A DNA stretch of 64,000 nt from Eledone cirrhosa (taxonomy: Eukaryota). The notes under the pieces are model-generated. The model was not told the DNA's origin. It searched no databases and saw nothing but the letters and a program-made list of their open reading frames with translations. Where the stretch lies: positions 91,512,001 through 91,576,000 of the forward strand of contig OZ024746.1 of assembly GCA_964016885.1 (NCBI GenBank), read 5' to 3'. The position numbers and the translations under genes are program-made. Below are positions 39,499-53,783 of this stretch, in pieces (position 1 is the first letter of the stretch; every line of letters starts with the position of its first letter).

Positions 39499-41762
39499 TA
39501 GGAAGACTAGAGGGGATTGTGCTGGGAAAGGACCTGTTCAATATATAGGAAGACTAGAGGGGTTGTGCTGGGAAAGGACCTGTTCAATATATAGGATGAC
39601 TAGAGGGGGTTGTGCTGGGAAAGGACCTGTTCAATATATAGGATGACTAGAGGGGGTTGTGCTGGGAAAGGACCTGTTCAATATATAGGAAGACTAGAGG
39701 GGTTGTGCTGGGAAAGGACCTGTTCAATATATAGGAAGACTAGGGGGGGTTGTGCTGGGAAAGGACCTGTTCAATATATAGGATGACTAGAGGGGGTTGT
39801 GCTGGGAAAGGACCTGTTCAATATATAGGATGACTAGAGGGGGTTGTGCTGGGAAAGGACCTGTTCAATATATAGGAAGACTAGGGGGGGTTGTGCTGGG
39901 AAAGGACCTGTTCAATATATAGGAAGACTAGAGGGGGTTGTGCTGGGAAAGGACCTGTTCAATATATAGGATGACTAGAGGGGGTTGTGCTGGGAAAGGA
40001 TCTGTTCAATATATAGGATGACTAGAGGGGGTTGTGCTGGGAAAGGACCTGTTCAATATATAGGATGACTAGAGGGGGTTGTGCTGGGAAAGGACCTGTT
40101 CAATATATAGGATGACTAGAGGGGGTTGTGCTGGGAAAGGACCTGTTCAATATATAGGAAGACTAGAGGGGGTTGTGCTGGGAAAGGACCTGTTCAATAT
40201 ATAGGATGACTAGAGGGGGTTGTGCTGGGAAAGGACCTGTTCAATATATAGGAAGACTAGAGGGGGTTGTGCTGGGAAAGGACCTGTTCAATATATAGGA
40301 AGATTAGAGGGGGTTGTGATGAGAAAGGACCAGTTCAATATATAGGAAAACTAGAGGGGGTTGTGATGGGAAAGGACCTGTTCAATATATAGGAAAACTA
40401 GAGGGGGTTGTGATGGGAAAGGACCTGTTCAATATATAGGATGACTAGAGGGGGTTGTGCTGGGAAAGGACCTGTTCAATATATAGGATGACTAGAGGGG
40501 GTTGTGCTGGGAAAGGACCTGTTCAATATAGGAAGACTAGAGGGGGTTGTGATGGGAAAGGACCTGTTCAATATAGGAAGACTAGAGGGGGTTGTGATGG
40601 GAAAGGACCTGTTCAATATATAGAAAGATTAGAGGGGGTTGTGATGAGAAAGGACCAGTTCAATATAGGAAGACTAGAGGGGGTTGTGATGGGAAAGGAC
40701 CTGTTCAATATATAGGATGACTAGAGGGGGTTGTGCTGGGAAAGGACCTGTTCAATATATAGGAAGACTAGAGGGGGTTGTGATGGGAAAGGACCTGTTC
40801 AATATAGGAAGACTAGAGGGGGTTGTGATGGGAAAGGACCTGTTCAATATATAGGATGACTAGAGGGGGTTGTGCTGGGAAAGGACCTGTTCAATATAGG
40901 AAGACTAGAGGGGGTTGTGATGGGAAAGGACCTGTTCAATATATAGGATGACTAGAGGGGGTTGTGATGGGAAAGGACCTGTTCAATATAGGAAGACTAG
41001 AGGGGGTTGTGATGGGAAAGGACCTGTTCAATATAGGAAGACTAGAGGGGGTTGTGATGGGAAAGGACCTGTTCAATATATAGGATGACTAGAGGGGGTT
41101 GTGCTGGGAAAGGACCTGTTCAATATATAGGAAGACTAGAGGGGGTTGTGAGGGGAAAGGACCTGTTCAATATATAGGAAGACTAGAGGGGGTTGTGATG
41201 GGAAAGGACCTGTTCAATATATAGGAAGACTAGAGGGGGTTGTGATGGGAAAGGACCTGTTCAATATAGGAAGACTAGAGGGGGTTGTGATGGGAAAGGA
41301 CCTGTTCAATATATAGGAAGACTAGGGGGGGTTGTGATGGGAAAGGACCTGTTCAATATAGGAAGACTAGAGGGGGTTGTGATGGGAAAGGACCTGTTCA
41401 ATATAGGAAGACTAGAGGGGGTTGTGATGGGAAAGGACCTGTTCAATATAGGAAGACTAGAGGGGGTTGTGATGGGAAAGGACCTGTTCAATATAGGAAG
41501 ACTAGAGGGGGTTGTGATGGGAAAGGACCTGTTCAATATATAGAAAGATTAGAGGGGGTTGTGATGAGAAAGGACCAGTTCAATATATAGGAAAACTAGA
41601 GGGGGTTGTGATGGGAAAGGACTTGTTCAATATATAGGAAAACTAGAGGGGGTTGTGATGGGAAAGGACCTGTTCAATATATAGGAAGACTAGAGGGGGT
41701 TGTGATGAGAAAGGACCAGTTCAATATATAGGAAAACTGTAAGTAGAGGGGGTTGTGCTGGG
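39499..41762. repeat. 45-47-bp minisatellite (~48 copies)
   Basis: Unit ataggaagactagagggggttgtgctgggaaaggacctgttcaatat. Confidence 0.95.
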
Positions 41763-41882
41763 TAATTGCTGGCCTTGTGCCAAAAGTAGAAACAACTATA
41801 TTAGACTGAACTAAATATGGTAAATTAATTTGTTTAGAATGTGAAGCCTCTATACTGAGTCAATTGCCACCACACACACACA

Positions 41883-41926
<44 letters not shown>

Positions 41927-42017
41927 CACACACACACACACACAAGAACCTCAACATGTCCTCTTGACCCACAAAAAATAGGTGCTAAATCTCACTCAAA
42001 TCGCACTATCAACTTAA

Positions 42018-42237
42018 CCCTTTATGATTTACATTACTCTATATTTCCTACTATTTGTTCATGTAAAGGCTTTACCTCACATAATTAACTCACATAATAT
42101 CAAATCTATGAGATTTCGATATTATTTATTTTGAGAACAATACCTTAACATCAGTATGGGTGACCAGTTACAGCCGGTTTGAACAGAAAGAGGTGAGAGA
42201 ACTCTGGCCAGATATGACTGGTTTAAATGCTAAAGGG
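42018..42237. mobile_element. piggyBac-type MITE family A
   Basis: TTAA-CCCTTTA...TAAAGGG-TTAA. Further copies at 46960-47179 and 49520-49719 (partial). Confidence 0.85.
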
Positions 42238-42251
42238 TTAAAAAAAGGCAA

Positions 42252-42990
42252 GGATAACTAACAACAACATAGTTTTGTTGAATCAAGGTTGAGCTGGGGA
42301 TAGCTAACAACAACATAGGTTTGTTGAGTCAAGGTTGAGCTGGGGATAGCTAACAACAACATAGGTTCGTTGAGTCAAGGTTGAGCTGGGGATAACTAAC
42401 AACAACAACATAGTTTTGTTGAATCAAGGTTGAGCTGGTGATAACTAACAACAACATAGGTTTGTTGAGTCAAGGTTGAGCTGGGGATAACTAACAACAT
42501 CATGGCTTCTCATCAAAGTATCTAGAGAGGGAGTAAAAATATTTCTGTGAACAATTACAATGATGCCGGTCTGGAGTCTTGAAGCTTTATTTCATTGGAT
42601 TCAAATGACAGAAATGATAACTCCTGGGATGTCAGTCTGTCACAGGGTTAACCCCCTAGTTCAGGGTTTCTCAAAGTGGGTGCTACATTACAGGGGCTAC
42701 ATGGACATCATAGGAGCTACATGAACATCATGGGAGCTACATGAACATCATGGGAGCTACATGAACATCATAGGAGCTACATGAATATTACAGAGGCTAC
42801 TACATGAACATCATAGGAGCTACATGAATATTACAGAAGCTACATGGATATCATAGGAGCTACATGGATATCATAGGAGCTACATGGACATCATAGGAGC
42901 TACATAACTATCAAAGAAGCTACATGAATATTACAGAAGCTACATAAACATCATAGATGCTACATGAATATGATAGAGATCACATGATTA
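42252..42990. repeat. ~47-50-bp repeat x5 (42252-42498) and ~20-bp repeat (42697-42990)
   Basis: Units gataactaacaacaacataggtttgttgagtcaaggttgagctggg and gagctacatgaacatcatag. The latter follows a hAT-like end, cagggtttctcaaagtggg. Confidence 0.85.
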
Positions 42991-43198
42991 TTATCACTAT
43001 TTTACATCCTCTTCCTATGCTGCCATGGGTTATACATTAAACATTATCCTCTCAACAAACGCCATATAAAGATATATTTATACCCCACATTAAAGCTGAC
43101 AAACCTCTAACAACTGGAACAGAGAAAATATATTTACTTATTTTATCAATAAAAATAACACTATTTTTAGCAAACAATACAAAACTAATAAAGCCATC

Positions 43199-43240
43199 TT
43201 GTGTGTGTGTCTGTGTGTGTCTGTGTGTGTGTCTGTGTGT

Positions 43241-43274
<34 letters not shown>

Positions 43275-43874
43275 CTGTGTGTGTGTCTGTGTGTGTGTCT
43301 GTGTGTGTGTCTGTGTGTGTGTCTGTGTGTCTGTGTGTGTCTGTGTGTCTGTGTGTCTGTGTGTGTGTGTGTGTTTCTGTGTGTGTTTCTGTGTGTGTTT
43401 CTGTGTCTGTGTCTGTCTGTGTCTGTCTGTGTCTGTCTGTGTCTGTCTGTGTCTGTCTGTGTCTGTCTGTGTCTGTCTGTGTCTGTCTGTGTCTGTCTGT
43501 GTCTGTCTGTGTCTGTCTGTGTCTGTCTGTGTCTGTCTGTGTCTGTCTGTGTCTGTCTGTGTCTGTCTGTGTCTGTCTGTGTCTGTCTGTGTCTGTGTCT
43601 GTCTGTGTCTGTCTGTGTCTGTGTCTGTCTGTGTCTGTCTGTGTCTGTCTGTGTCTGTGTCTGTCTGTGTGTGTGTGTGTGTGTGTGTCTGTGTGTGTGT
43701 GTCTGTGTGTATGTCTGTGTCTGTCTGTGTCTGTATGTGTGTCTGTCGGTCTGTCTGTGTGTGTCTGTGTGTGTCTGTCTGTGTGTGTCTGTGTCTGTCT
43801 GTGTGTGTGTGTGTGTATGTGTGTGTGTGTGTCTGTCTGTGTCTGTGTCTGTGTCTGTGTGTGTGTCTGTGTGT

Positions 43875-43921
<47 letters not shown>

Positions 43922-43953
43922 TGTGTCTGTGTGTCTGTGTGTATGTCTATATG

Positions 43954-43990
<37 letters not shown>
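43199..43990. repeat. (GT)n/(GTCT)n compound microsatellite
   Basis: Direct reading. Confidence 0.97.
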
Positions 43991-43991
<1 letters not shown>

Positions 43992-44667
43992 CTGTGTACA
44001 TATATATTTCTGTGTATATATATAAGCATAGAGTGCTCAACTGCCATACCACCTATGGAAGCATCTTAGCTACCATCAGACACACACATTATATATATAT
44101 GTGCGTGTGTCCTATATGTCTATATATATATATATATATATAATATCTGTGTGTCCTATATATATATATATTTGAGAATGTAAGCAAAACACTTGTCTTT
44201 CCTTTTACCCGTAGTCCACTCAAGAAGCAGTGTTATAAACTTCTATTTATGCCAGTCTAGAATTCAAATTCTCCGTTTTTCTCTTGGATTTTCAATTAAT
44301 ATTTTACATGTTTTTAATAATATGTCTCATTCTGTTGGACCCTTCCTAAAAACTAACCTTCTCCTAAAGTTACCCATTTCCCACCATTGCTATATGGTCC
44401 AATCATAACTCAGTGGTTTATAGTAAGTTCTCTTACCAATCTCTATAGCAAAGCTACCAACTTGATTACTACTCCTTAAGTTTAGACCTGTTTGATGGGT
44501 GGACTGCTGAATTTGGAAAGTCTAAACACTCAATGACAATGTCACAGATAAAGATAAATTCACCTCCCGCCACAGGACGAGAATACAAGGACTCCTCTTT
44601 ATTTCAGACATGGATGACCAACATAATTCTGTCTCCCACACCCCATCCTGCCCCTCCAACCCTCCCA

Positions 44668-46115
44668 ACTTCAGAGTTGGTACCATGAACGTAGGCTGTA
44701 GAGATGCTTGAACGTAAAGAAGTTTATGTTTGTTGTGTTCAAGAGACTAGGTGGAGAGGTGGGTCTGCCAGATTCATCGAGGGAAAGAAACCATGCTATA
44801 CACTTTTCTGGGTGGGAAATGACAACGGGCAGGGTGGTGTAGGAATTATGTTAGCTGAAAAATGGGTAGATAAGGTAATTGACGTAAATAGAGTGAATGA
44901 CAGAATAATTAAAATAAGACTAGTTCTAAATAGAACTACTGTGACAATAATATCCGCTTATGCACCCCAATCTGGTCTACCTGACGTTATAAAGGACAGG
45001 TTCTATGAGACTCTAATGCACACTACCTCCCAAATAACTGACAGCGACTACTTAACGGTCATGTTGGACAACATAGTGATGGCTATGATGGAATCCATGG
45101 AGGCTATGGGGTTGGAAATAGAAATGAGGAGGGCTTCAGAATCATGGAATTCTGTGACGCTAATAACCTAACTATCTGTAACACAAACTTCAAAAATCGA
45201 GAAAACCACTTGATCACCTTTAGATCAGGGGAACACGCCAGCCAGATAATTTATATCCTTACTAGAAGACGTGACAAAGTGTCTGTTGTAAACACTAAAT
45301 CCCTCCCCCATGAAGAATGCACCTCCCAACATAGCCTAGTAGTTAGTGACCTCATAGTCAGGAATAGATGCACTCGACGACAGTGGAGGACTACCTTGAG
45401 GAGAAGAATATGGAAGTTGAAGGACCCCATAGCCAGTGACAAATTTAAAACCTTATTACTTGATGCCTTTGACAATAAGGAAGAGCAATTAGAGACGTGC
45501 AATATAGAGGAACAGTGGGAATTCTCGAAAGTGAACCTGCTGAAAGCAACGGATGAAATCTGTGACTGGAGCAGACCTATTGGCAGGAGGAGAGTAATTT
45601 GCTGGTAGAACAGTAAGGTGGAGGAGACAATCAAGGCCAAAAAGCAGGCTTGGAAAGTATGGCAGAATGGGGGAAGTAGAGAACACTATCAAGTGGCCAG
45701 GAGAGAAGCTAGGAGACAAGTGTACCTTGCAAAAAGGGAAGCAGAGGATAGAAAGTTCAAGCATGTTCTACAAGGTGATGTGTTCAGGATTACTAGACAA
45801 TGTGACAAGGAAAACCATGATATTGTCGGGGAGAAATGTGTCCGAAATGATAACGGTGTACTTGCCCTCACTGATACTGATAAGAAGATAGCCTGGAAGT
45901 GTCATTACGATAGACTATTAAATGAGGAGAATAAATGGGAAAAAGTCTGCCCCAAATCGATCCAATAGAAGGACCTGCGGTGCAAGTTAAAGATAGTATA
46001 ATAAGTAAGGCAATCAAAGATATGAAGACAGGCAAAGCAGCCGGGCCTTCGGAGATAGTTGCTGAGATGTTGACGGCATCTGGAATGGTAGGATATACTA
46101 TGGTCACCTGTATAG
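44668..46115 (+). mobile_element. RTE LINE 5' part: APE endonuclease and pre-RT region, frameshifted
   Basis: RVGTMNVG, CCVQETRW, GGVGIML, IISAYAPQ, NLTICNTNF, QHSLVVSD, MKTGKAAGPSEIVAEML. Confidence 0.92.
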
Positions 46116-46763
46116 TATGACATTATGAAAACGTCTTCACGACCCAAATTATGGTCTTCCTTTTTTCCTTCGGTTGCAACATTTTTCGAAATATTTACTT
46201 CTGCGTTCACAGATTGATTTTTTTTAGTTTCTCAAGATCCCGTTAAGGGTGAAAGCAGCGATTCTTTGCTTAAACTTTAATCTGTTATTTTAATATATAT
46301 ATATAATTATATATTCGTGTACAGATATTTTTGCATACATGAAAAGAAAATATAAACAAACGTATTTATTTCACGAAAGCACAGACGGCTTATCATCATT
46401 GTTACTGCCAATATGCCACCGAAAAAGTCCCACTACTTTTAGCACAAGGCCAGCAATTACATAGTCAACGGTTCGGAAATCACATGCATCACTGACGAGT
46501 TTACTCCTTACTGTACCAGTTAGTCTTAGTGTACTTCGTCCTGCTTTTAGGTCATACCTCGAAGGAAGAGATACTCCATTGGCCGAAATACTGCGAAGCG
46601 GCAAGAAAAAGAACAAGGCGGGCAAACGAATCATCAGTGGAATCTGCTATCCGATGGTCGCAAGGCCGAGGTATTCCGTATTTCTCTGTACTATTTCAGA
46701 AAGGAAGGATAAACATGCTAATCTATGTTTAGAATCCCGTGCAACGCCGGACCATACTGCTAG
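46116..46763 (+). mobile_element. Probable non-autonomous Helitron (3' end defined, 5' limit uncertain)
   Basis: CpG-rich tract ending cccgtgcaacgccggaccatactgCTAG-T; truncates the RTE. Confidence 0.55.
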
Positions 46764-47343
46764 TAAACACTATTCCTTTCATTTACCATATTTTTCATGA
46801 AAAGTACTGCCTGTAATTTTCAAATAACGTTTAGAGGGATTTAGTCATATAACTAACCTTCTCATTAAGTTATTTGGAACATAACCTAACAAATTTCCTG
46901 ACTAAATATTGATGGAAGCTGCTTCAATAAATATGAAAACTTATATATACATAAATTAACCCTTTAGCATTCACATTACTCTATATTTACTATTATATTT
47001 TCAAGGTAAAGGTTTTACCTCACATAATACCTCACAAGATATTGAATCTATGAGATTTTGATATTATTTATTTTTAGAACAATACCTTAACATAAGCATG
47101 AGCAGTCGGTTACAGCTGATTTGAACAGAAAGAAGTGAGAAAATTCTGGCTGGATATGGCCAGTTTAAATGCTCAAGGGTTAAAGGTTCTTACATGAAAT
47201 GATATATTGGCATCCAACTGAAGAAAACCTACCAAAGAAAGTATCAGGAATCTTTTCAGCTATGCCAAAAACATAACTTCCTTAGAATTGGTGACATGAT
47301 AAAATGCACATAGTAAAGAGTGGGATTGTATGTCAGACCCTAG

Positions 47344-47540
47344 CTGGAGGTCAGAGGCTTTGCTTGAGTACTGACCAGCCTACCTGACAGTCAGAGGCTT
47401 TGCTTGAGTACTGACCAGCCTACCTGGAGGTCAGAGGCCTTGCTTGAGTACTGACCAGCCTACCTGGAGGTCAGAGGCTTTGCTTGAGTACTGACCAGCC
47501 TACCTGGAGATCAGAGGCTTTGCTTGAGTACTGACCAGTC
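47344..47540. repeat. 40-bp tandem repeat x5
   Basis: Unit ctggaggtcagaggctttgcttgagtactgaccagcctac. Confidence 0.9.
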
Positions 47541-48510
47541 TGTGATGACATGTCCAACCTTTGCTGGCAGAGAAAACAGATTCTAAACGATGATGATGAA
47601 GAACAAGAAGTAGTTTGAAGCAGTTTTGTATCAAAAGAGTTAACACTTTCCCTGTCCTTCCAACACCATTTATTCAATAAAACGTTATATAAAGGGATAT
47701 AATTGAAATGTCCAACTGCACGGTTGGAAGATAAATTTAGAAATCCCTTCTTATATATAGAATTGACTAAAATATTGTAGCATGTGAAACTGCCAACAGG
47801 ATGGACACAATAATGGGCCATGTACTCCATGCCAAATATTTCTACAGACATTCAACTTCTTCCAGTACAACTGTGTATATGTGTGTGTCTTCCACACTCT
47901 CTCTTTCTCAAGTAAAACACAACAGAGAGAGGATGGAGAGAAAGAGATATATACACACACACACATACACATATGTCTAACTTTTCAGACTCTTTCTCTC
48001 TCTCTTTGTTTCAAGTAAAACACAACATAGAGAGAGAGGGGAGATATATATATATACACACACACACACACATATATACACAAGTATCTGTGTGTGTGTG
48101 TGTCTGTGTGTGTTTATAGTTTAACTTATGCTAAAGTCTCCATCATCTCTGATTTAGATATTTTTAGAGATGTTCAAGTGACAAATAACTTTTTCTTTTT
48201 CTCTGTTTGATATATATATATCAAATACTGAGCCAGGACCCAACAACTGAGCTCTTCTAGTTCCAACAGCTAGTCTTGACTCTTTATTATATAACCATAC
48301 TCTACTACTCCAAGTATTGAGTACTTTGTTCAGCAATGGTCTAACTAGTTTCAAACTGATTCTATCCTGATTTATATATATATATATATATATATATAAC
48401 ATCATCATCATCATCATACGCTCATTTTTACCTGCTTGCAAGGGTGGGACAGACACGTCGTGCGTGTGCGTGTCATGTTCCCTTCTATTCAATTATCTCT
48501 GCCACGTAAG

Positions 48511-48752
48511 CAGGGCTGGATTTAGATTTGATGAGGCCCTAAGCTATTTGAGATAATGGGGCCCTTTATATGTTATAAAAAATGTTATAAAAACTGCAAA
48601 ACGTTCAATATTAAAGCAGAAAACTGTTTAAAACTATTGCATTATTTTAATTCTTTTTATCTTATATTGTGGAAATGTACACACCGTTTTTTTTCAATTT
48701 TTTCGGGGCCCTAAGCTATAGCTTGTTTATCTTATACGTAAATCCCACTCTG
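48511..48752. mobile_element. hAT-type MITE
   Basis: TIRs CAGGGCTGGATTTA / TAAATCCCACTCTG; imperfect 8-bp TSD cacgtaag/catgtaaa. Confidence 0.7.
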
Positions 48753-49954
48753 CATGTAAAGGCTATGTTTGAACTGGGGTTGATTTAATCGACTCCCCCT
48801 TCCCTTCACATTGTTGACCAAAGTAGAAACATTATCCTGCTGATAAAATGGCTGTAGACTGGCAGGGTCGGTTGAGCTTCAAACAAATGCCCGGCAGTAT
48901 TTATTCCAGCTTTTTATGTTCTGAGTTCAAATCCTACAAAAGTCAACTTTGCTTTTCATCCTTTCAACGTTGGTAAGATACCAGAACCAATAAAGTACAG
49001 GGACCAATATACACACACACACACAAGTTGCTGACCTTCGGCCTAAATTAAATATTTTTATCTATCTTCCTGAGGGGAATTATGTTAACACAGAAAGCTA
49101 TGGGCTGCACAATATATTTCAAAAGTATTTTGTTGATTGTCATAATTGTGATAAGTATAAACTTAATACAGAACTTCTTTTTCCTTTCATTTTAACCATT
49201 CCTTCAGGAATTGATATGGGGTGAGGGTAATCAGTAACTTCTGGAGCTGTTATTTAGCACCAAAACAGCTCTGATCAACATCTATAATCAAAGCAATCCT
49301 ACCATGAACATCCCACTGTTTTTTGTTGTGTTATTTTGCAGTCCATCCAAGCCATATCCAATGTCATTTGAGGGAACGATTTAAGGTATTTAGCTTCTTT
49401 ATAAACCACTCTACAACAGTTCTGTTCAAGTAGACATGGCCAACACCACTTCTCAAAAATTATACTTTCACTTTCAGATATTATATCTCATAAGCTTAAA
49501 AATTGTTTACTTATCTTAAATAGTGTTCAAACCGGTCAAAACCGGCCAGAATTCTCTACCTCTTTCTGTTGAAACTGGCTGTAACTGGTCGCTCAAACTG
49601 ATGTTAAGGTATTGTTCTCAGAATAAATACTTTCAAAATCTCATAGATTCGATATCATGTGAGATAATTATGCCATGAAAATATAATAGTATATATAGAG
49701 TAATGTGAATGCTAAAGGGTTAAGATAATATTTCATATTTAACACATTGAAACTGACTGTAGCTGGAACTTTAGATAATATGGTGTCCATTTTCTCAGGT
49801 CAGATTACACCGACAGAACATGACAAACATTCCCAACAGAGACATTGTAATTTAAGTAAGGTGTTTTATTGGAGAAGGTGACAATTATTTCAAATACTCA
49901 GGACCACAGAACTTCAAGTAGCTTTCACACCTACACTAGAATAATCCAAGTTTA

Positions 49955-50247
49955 ACCCTTTCTTTTCCATATTTCTTTTGAAAGACACTGCCTATATTTT
50001 TCAAATAATTTTGAAAAAATTCAAGATTTGAGGAGTTTAGTAATATAACTAACATTTTCATCTGAGGCCAAAGTTTGTTGACCTCCTTGTCACTGAGTTT
50101 TGATCTTGGTCAGGTGAAGGAAAACCTGACACCAACTCATACACAAGAAGAATTATTGTTTAGTTGCATTACTAAATTTTTCAAAATTCTTGATTATTTT
50201 CAAAATGATATGATGTGTCTTTTGTTATGAAAATGGTAAGAAAAGGT
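49955..50247. mobile_element. Older TTAA-type MITE, family B
   Basis: TTAA-CCCTTTCTTTTCCATATTTC...AAATGGTAAGAAAAGGT-TTAA; a related end lies at ~26020-26121. Confidence 0.6.
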
Positions 50248-50800
50248 TTAAATTAAACATCTGAGGTGCAGGCAGAGGAAATATTCTGAGAACATGATTC
50301 AAGGGCTGTAATTCTGCATAGAAAATGTAAAGCTAAAATATTTAGTTCAGGGATTTGTGGAAGTGAGATAAGACAAAGTAGAGGATTGCTGAGGGAACAA
50401 ATAGATACACCATGTAAGCTTCGGTGGGTTAGCATACACCTTGCTACTTTTGAGGAATAGAAGCTATTAGTTATTGTAGTAAGAGAAAGAAAATAGTGAA
50501 TCTCCACTTGTTGTAGTGTGTTGGGCAGTTTTCCAGTCTGATAGCATTCTTTCTTTCTTTCCCTTAATACTTTAGATTGTCCACATCGCAACAGCATTAG
50601 TCCTGATATGTGAGCTCTACTTTAATGTGAGCCATGGTATGCATGTATGCATGCATGCATGCGTGCATGCGTGCATGCGTGCATGCGTGCGTGTATGCGT
50701 GCGTGCGTGCGTGTGCCTGTGCGTGTGTGTGTGTGTGTGCCGGATTCAATTGGAGGTAACCACAGTAAGTAAGATACTCAATACATTAGTAGAGTATATG

Positions 50801-50939
50801 CAGCAAATTTTATATAGACATGGCTTCAACAGGACTAGAACTGTTTAATTCAAAGGAAATCATCAGGGCTTTCTCGATGATTTCCTTCCAATGAAACAAT
50901 TTTAGTCCTGTACAAGCCATTTCTATATAAAATTTGCTG
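50801..50939. repeat. Hairpin with ~65-bp arms; related single arms at ~3975-4020 and ~63876-63916
   Basis: cagcaaattttatatag..aaggaaatcatc / gatgatttcctt..ctatataaaatttgctg with an 11-nt spacer. Confidence 0.7.
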
Positions 50940-50943
50940 GTGT

Positions 50944-51485
50944 TAGGAAGACTTGGAATGAGGTAATAAAAGCTGACCTTGCACAATTACACCTCTCAAA
51001 GGCAATGATCTAGGACTGGGACCTCTGGCGCTATGCAGTTTTATGGAAGACCCGCCCTCTATTGTTCTCGGGATGAGGTTTATACCTAGTAGGCAACACC
51101 TACCTCAACCTGTTATCCCCTCTCATTCACCTCCCTTCGCGGTAACCATACCTCCCCTACTACCCTGTCCACTTCTTTTTTCCACCAAGCCCCTCCATCC
51201 TCCCTAGTCCCCACAGTGTTGTGTCGGTGACACAACAAAGGTGCCCAGTCCATACTGTAAAGAACACCCAGCCCACACTGTAAAGTGGTCGTGTAGGTGT
51301 CAACAAAAAGTACCCAGCACACACTGTCAATGTGGTTGGTGTTAGGAAGGGCATCCAGCCATAGAAAACCAGTTAGAAACTCTCCTATATGAGCGAGACA
51401 TGGTCACTCAACCCAACTTGCTTCTAAATGGGACAAACCCGTCTAACCCATGCTAGCAAGGAAGATAGACGTTAATCGACAATTG
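50944..51485 (+). mobile_element. RTE LINE 3' fragment
   Basis: RKTWNEVIKADLAQLHLSKAM..DWDLWRYAV plus the shared UTR. Confidence 0.8.
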
Positions 51486-51661
51486 ATCAATCGACATACA
51501 CATACACACACACGTGTGTGTATGTGTGTACATAAATGTATGTGTACATTTTCATTGTACTGCATCATTCCCGTGTTGTTTCCATTCTCTCTCTCTCTCT
51601 ACACACACACACACACATATGCATTGACAACTTTCTAGCACACACAATGAACATACAATTC

Positions 51662-52637
51662 TACAAGCTGTACTTTGAAATCAAAAGGACAGATCCTGAA
51701 ATCTCTAGATCTTTCCTACAATCAGACCTGGACACAATGCAGCAATGGATCACAGACTGGCAACTCAAGCTGACTGTGGTCAAGTGTACCACCTTGCATT
51801 CTGGGAGGAAAAATCCAGCGTCCACATACTCCCTCCACAACACTGATATCAAGAAGTCCTCTTGTGAACGTGACCTGGGCATTACTGTCAGCAACGATTT
51901 GCATTGGACAAAGCACATCTCTAAAATTGTCAAGAAGGCTGAGGGTGTCTTGGCATCACTCAGCAAGACCTTTATCAGCCGCTCTCCAGCCATCTATTTA
52001 AAGCTCTATACAGCTATGGTACGACCACACTTGGAATTCGCATCATCAGTCTGGAACCCCTATCTTGCTGAGAACATTGATCTCCTGGAAACTGTTCAGA
52101 GACGTGCAACCAAGCGCATACCCTCCATCAGACACCTACCATACTCTGAACACTTTGCTTCCCTGGGCATGGATTCATTGAAGCTCCAACGTCTGGCAAT
52201 GGATTTGATAAACACCCACAAAGTTATTAACCATCTCACCAACAACAACCCTGAGCACCTTTTTGATCTCCATGTGTCTAACACACGTGGACATGCCTAC
52301 AAAGTCAGAAAACAGCACAGCTCCCATGACTTTCAGAAGCATTTTTTCACGCTTAGAGTTGCTGAAGCATGGAACAAACTCCCTGCGTCAGATGTGAGCT
52401 GCCGAGACACTGCATCCTTTAAAACCCTCATGCTTCCCGAAATTCGCTAAAACTACACTTGATGTCCCCCTTCCATACACATGCACACGTGTATATCATG
52501 ACTCATGCACTGTTCATTTTCCTGATGTTTGTACATTACCTTACCCTATGTACTATACATACACTTTTGATGAGTTGTAGTGCACCTGAGCACTGTACAG
52601 TGCACCTGAGCACTGTACACAATATTTTCATTATTAT
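51662..52637 (+). mobile_element. CR1-group LINE, 5'-truncated RT C-terminus with 3' UTR
   Basis: LQSDLDTMQQWITDWQLKL..ERDLGITVS..LYTAMVRPHLEFASSVWNPY..LETVQRRATK..FFTLRVAEAWNKLP, open to the stop at 52450. Confidence 0.92.
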
Positions 52638-53783
52638 ACACCAACAGTGCCTTACATAGAAATGTCCAATAAATAATTTTCTGTTATTATGGGCAAGTTA
52701 TTCCATCTAGGTTTCATCTACAAACTGTGTAATATTGCTTTTCAGTGGCTAAATATATTCAACAGTTCCTTACAAAAATACAAAAAGTTGTTTTCATAAA
52801 AATACAAAACGTTGTTTTCATAAAAATCAAGTTAAATCTCTTAATTGATAAAATTGTTAGCTCTAATATATCAATGCAATATTATTAAATTACCATTAAC
52901 AGATATTATAGCTATGGTGGTTCAGTTTTAGCTTAAATCTTGTAAAATTTGATAAAATAATTGACTATCATACTTAGTCAAATACTGAAAATTGAAATAA
53001 ATATGAACAACAAAATAACTCCAATGCACCATATTAACCTAGCAAGTTGTGTTTATTTCTGTGGCTTGTTGCCAAATGTAGGTTTGTTAATTCTCTCGAT
53101 ATTTCTCCCATCATAAACCTGTTTGGTTATTGGTGCTGAAATGAAGTTCTCTAACTTCAAGTGAGTCAGTATAGAAAGAAGCTTCTAATATAGTCGTTTA
53201 AACTGCTCAATTTAACACCCAAATTTAGTTTGTTTTTAAAATAGTAACTAAGATTTAAATCTTAACACATTACGCCTCACAGAACTCTCTAATGGAACTA
53301 CTAAGTTCATTCTAAATTGCTACACTGGATATCCTATAAGCAAGGAGTATTTGCCCAGCAAAACTTAGCGGCTGCTTTTAATTGATCATCTGATTCATTC
53401 AATCTTGTAACTCTACATCAGTTGTGAGATAATCCAGTTTGGGAACCTCTATATCAGAGGTTCTCAAAGTGGGTGCCGGGGGGGGGGGGGGGGGGGATTG
53501 AGAATGTCCTGGTGCATAAGTGGGTGGTAGAGATGATATAATAATATTTTACTATATTTCTATATAATATGTATCATTTGATATTTAATATAAAAAATAT
53601 ATAATATTTATTTATACATGTATTATATTATAACATGTATTATATTATTATTTATTAAGTCCCACCCTTGCAAGCAGGGAAAAAGTGGACGTAAAATGAT
53701 GACATGTATTATTTATACATGTATTATATTATAACAACATGTATTATATTATTATATATAAATTAACAATTTTATTTATTATA

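Noticed and set aside
51536-52450. 304-aa host gene
   Set aside because: CR1-group reverse transcriptase C-terminus with a matching 3' copy at 38322-38637; the N-terminal part is microsatellite.
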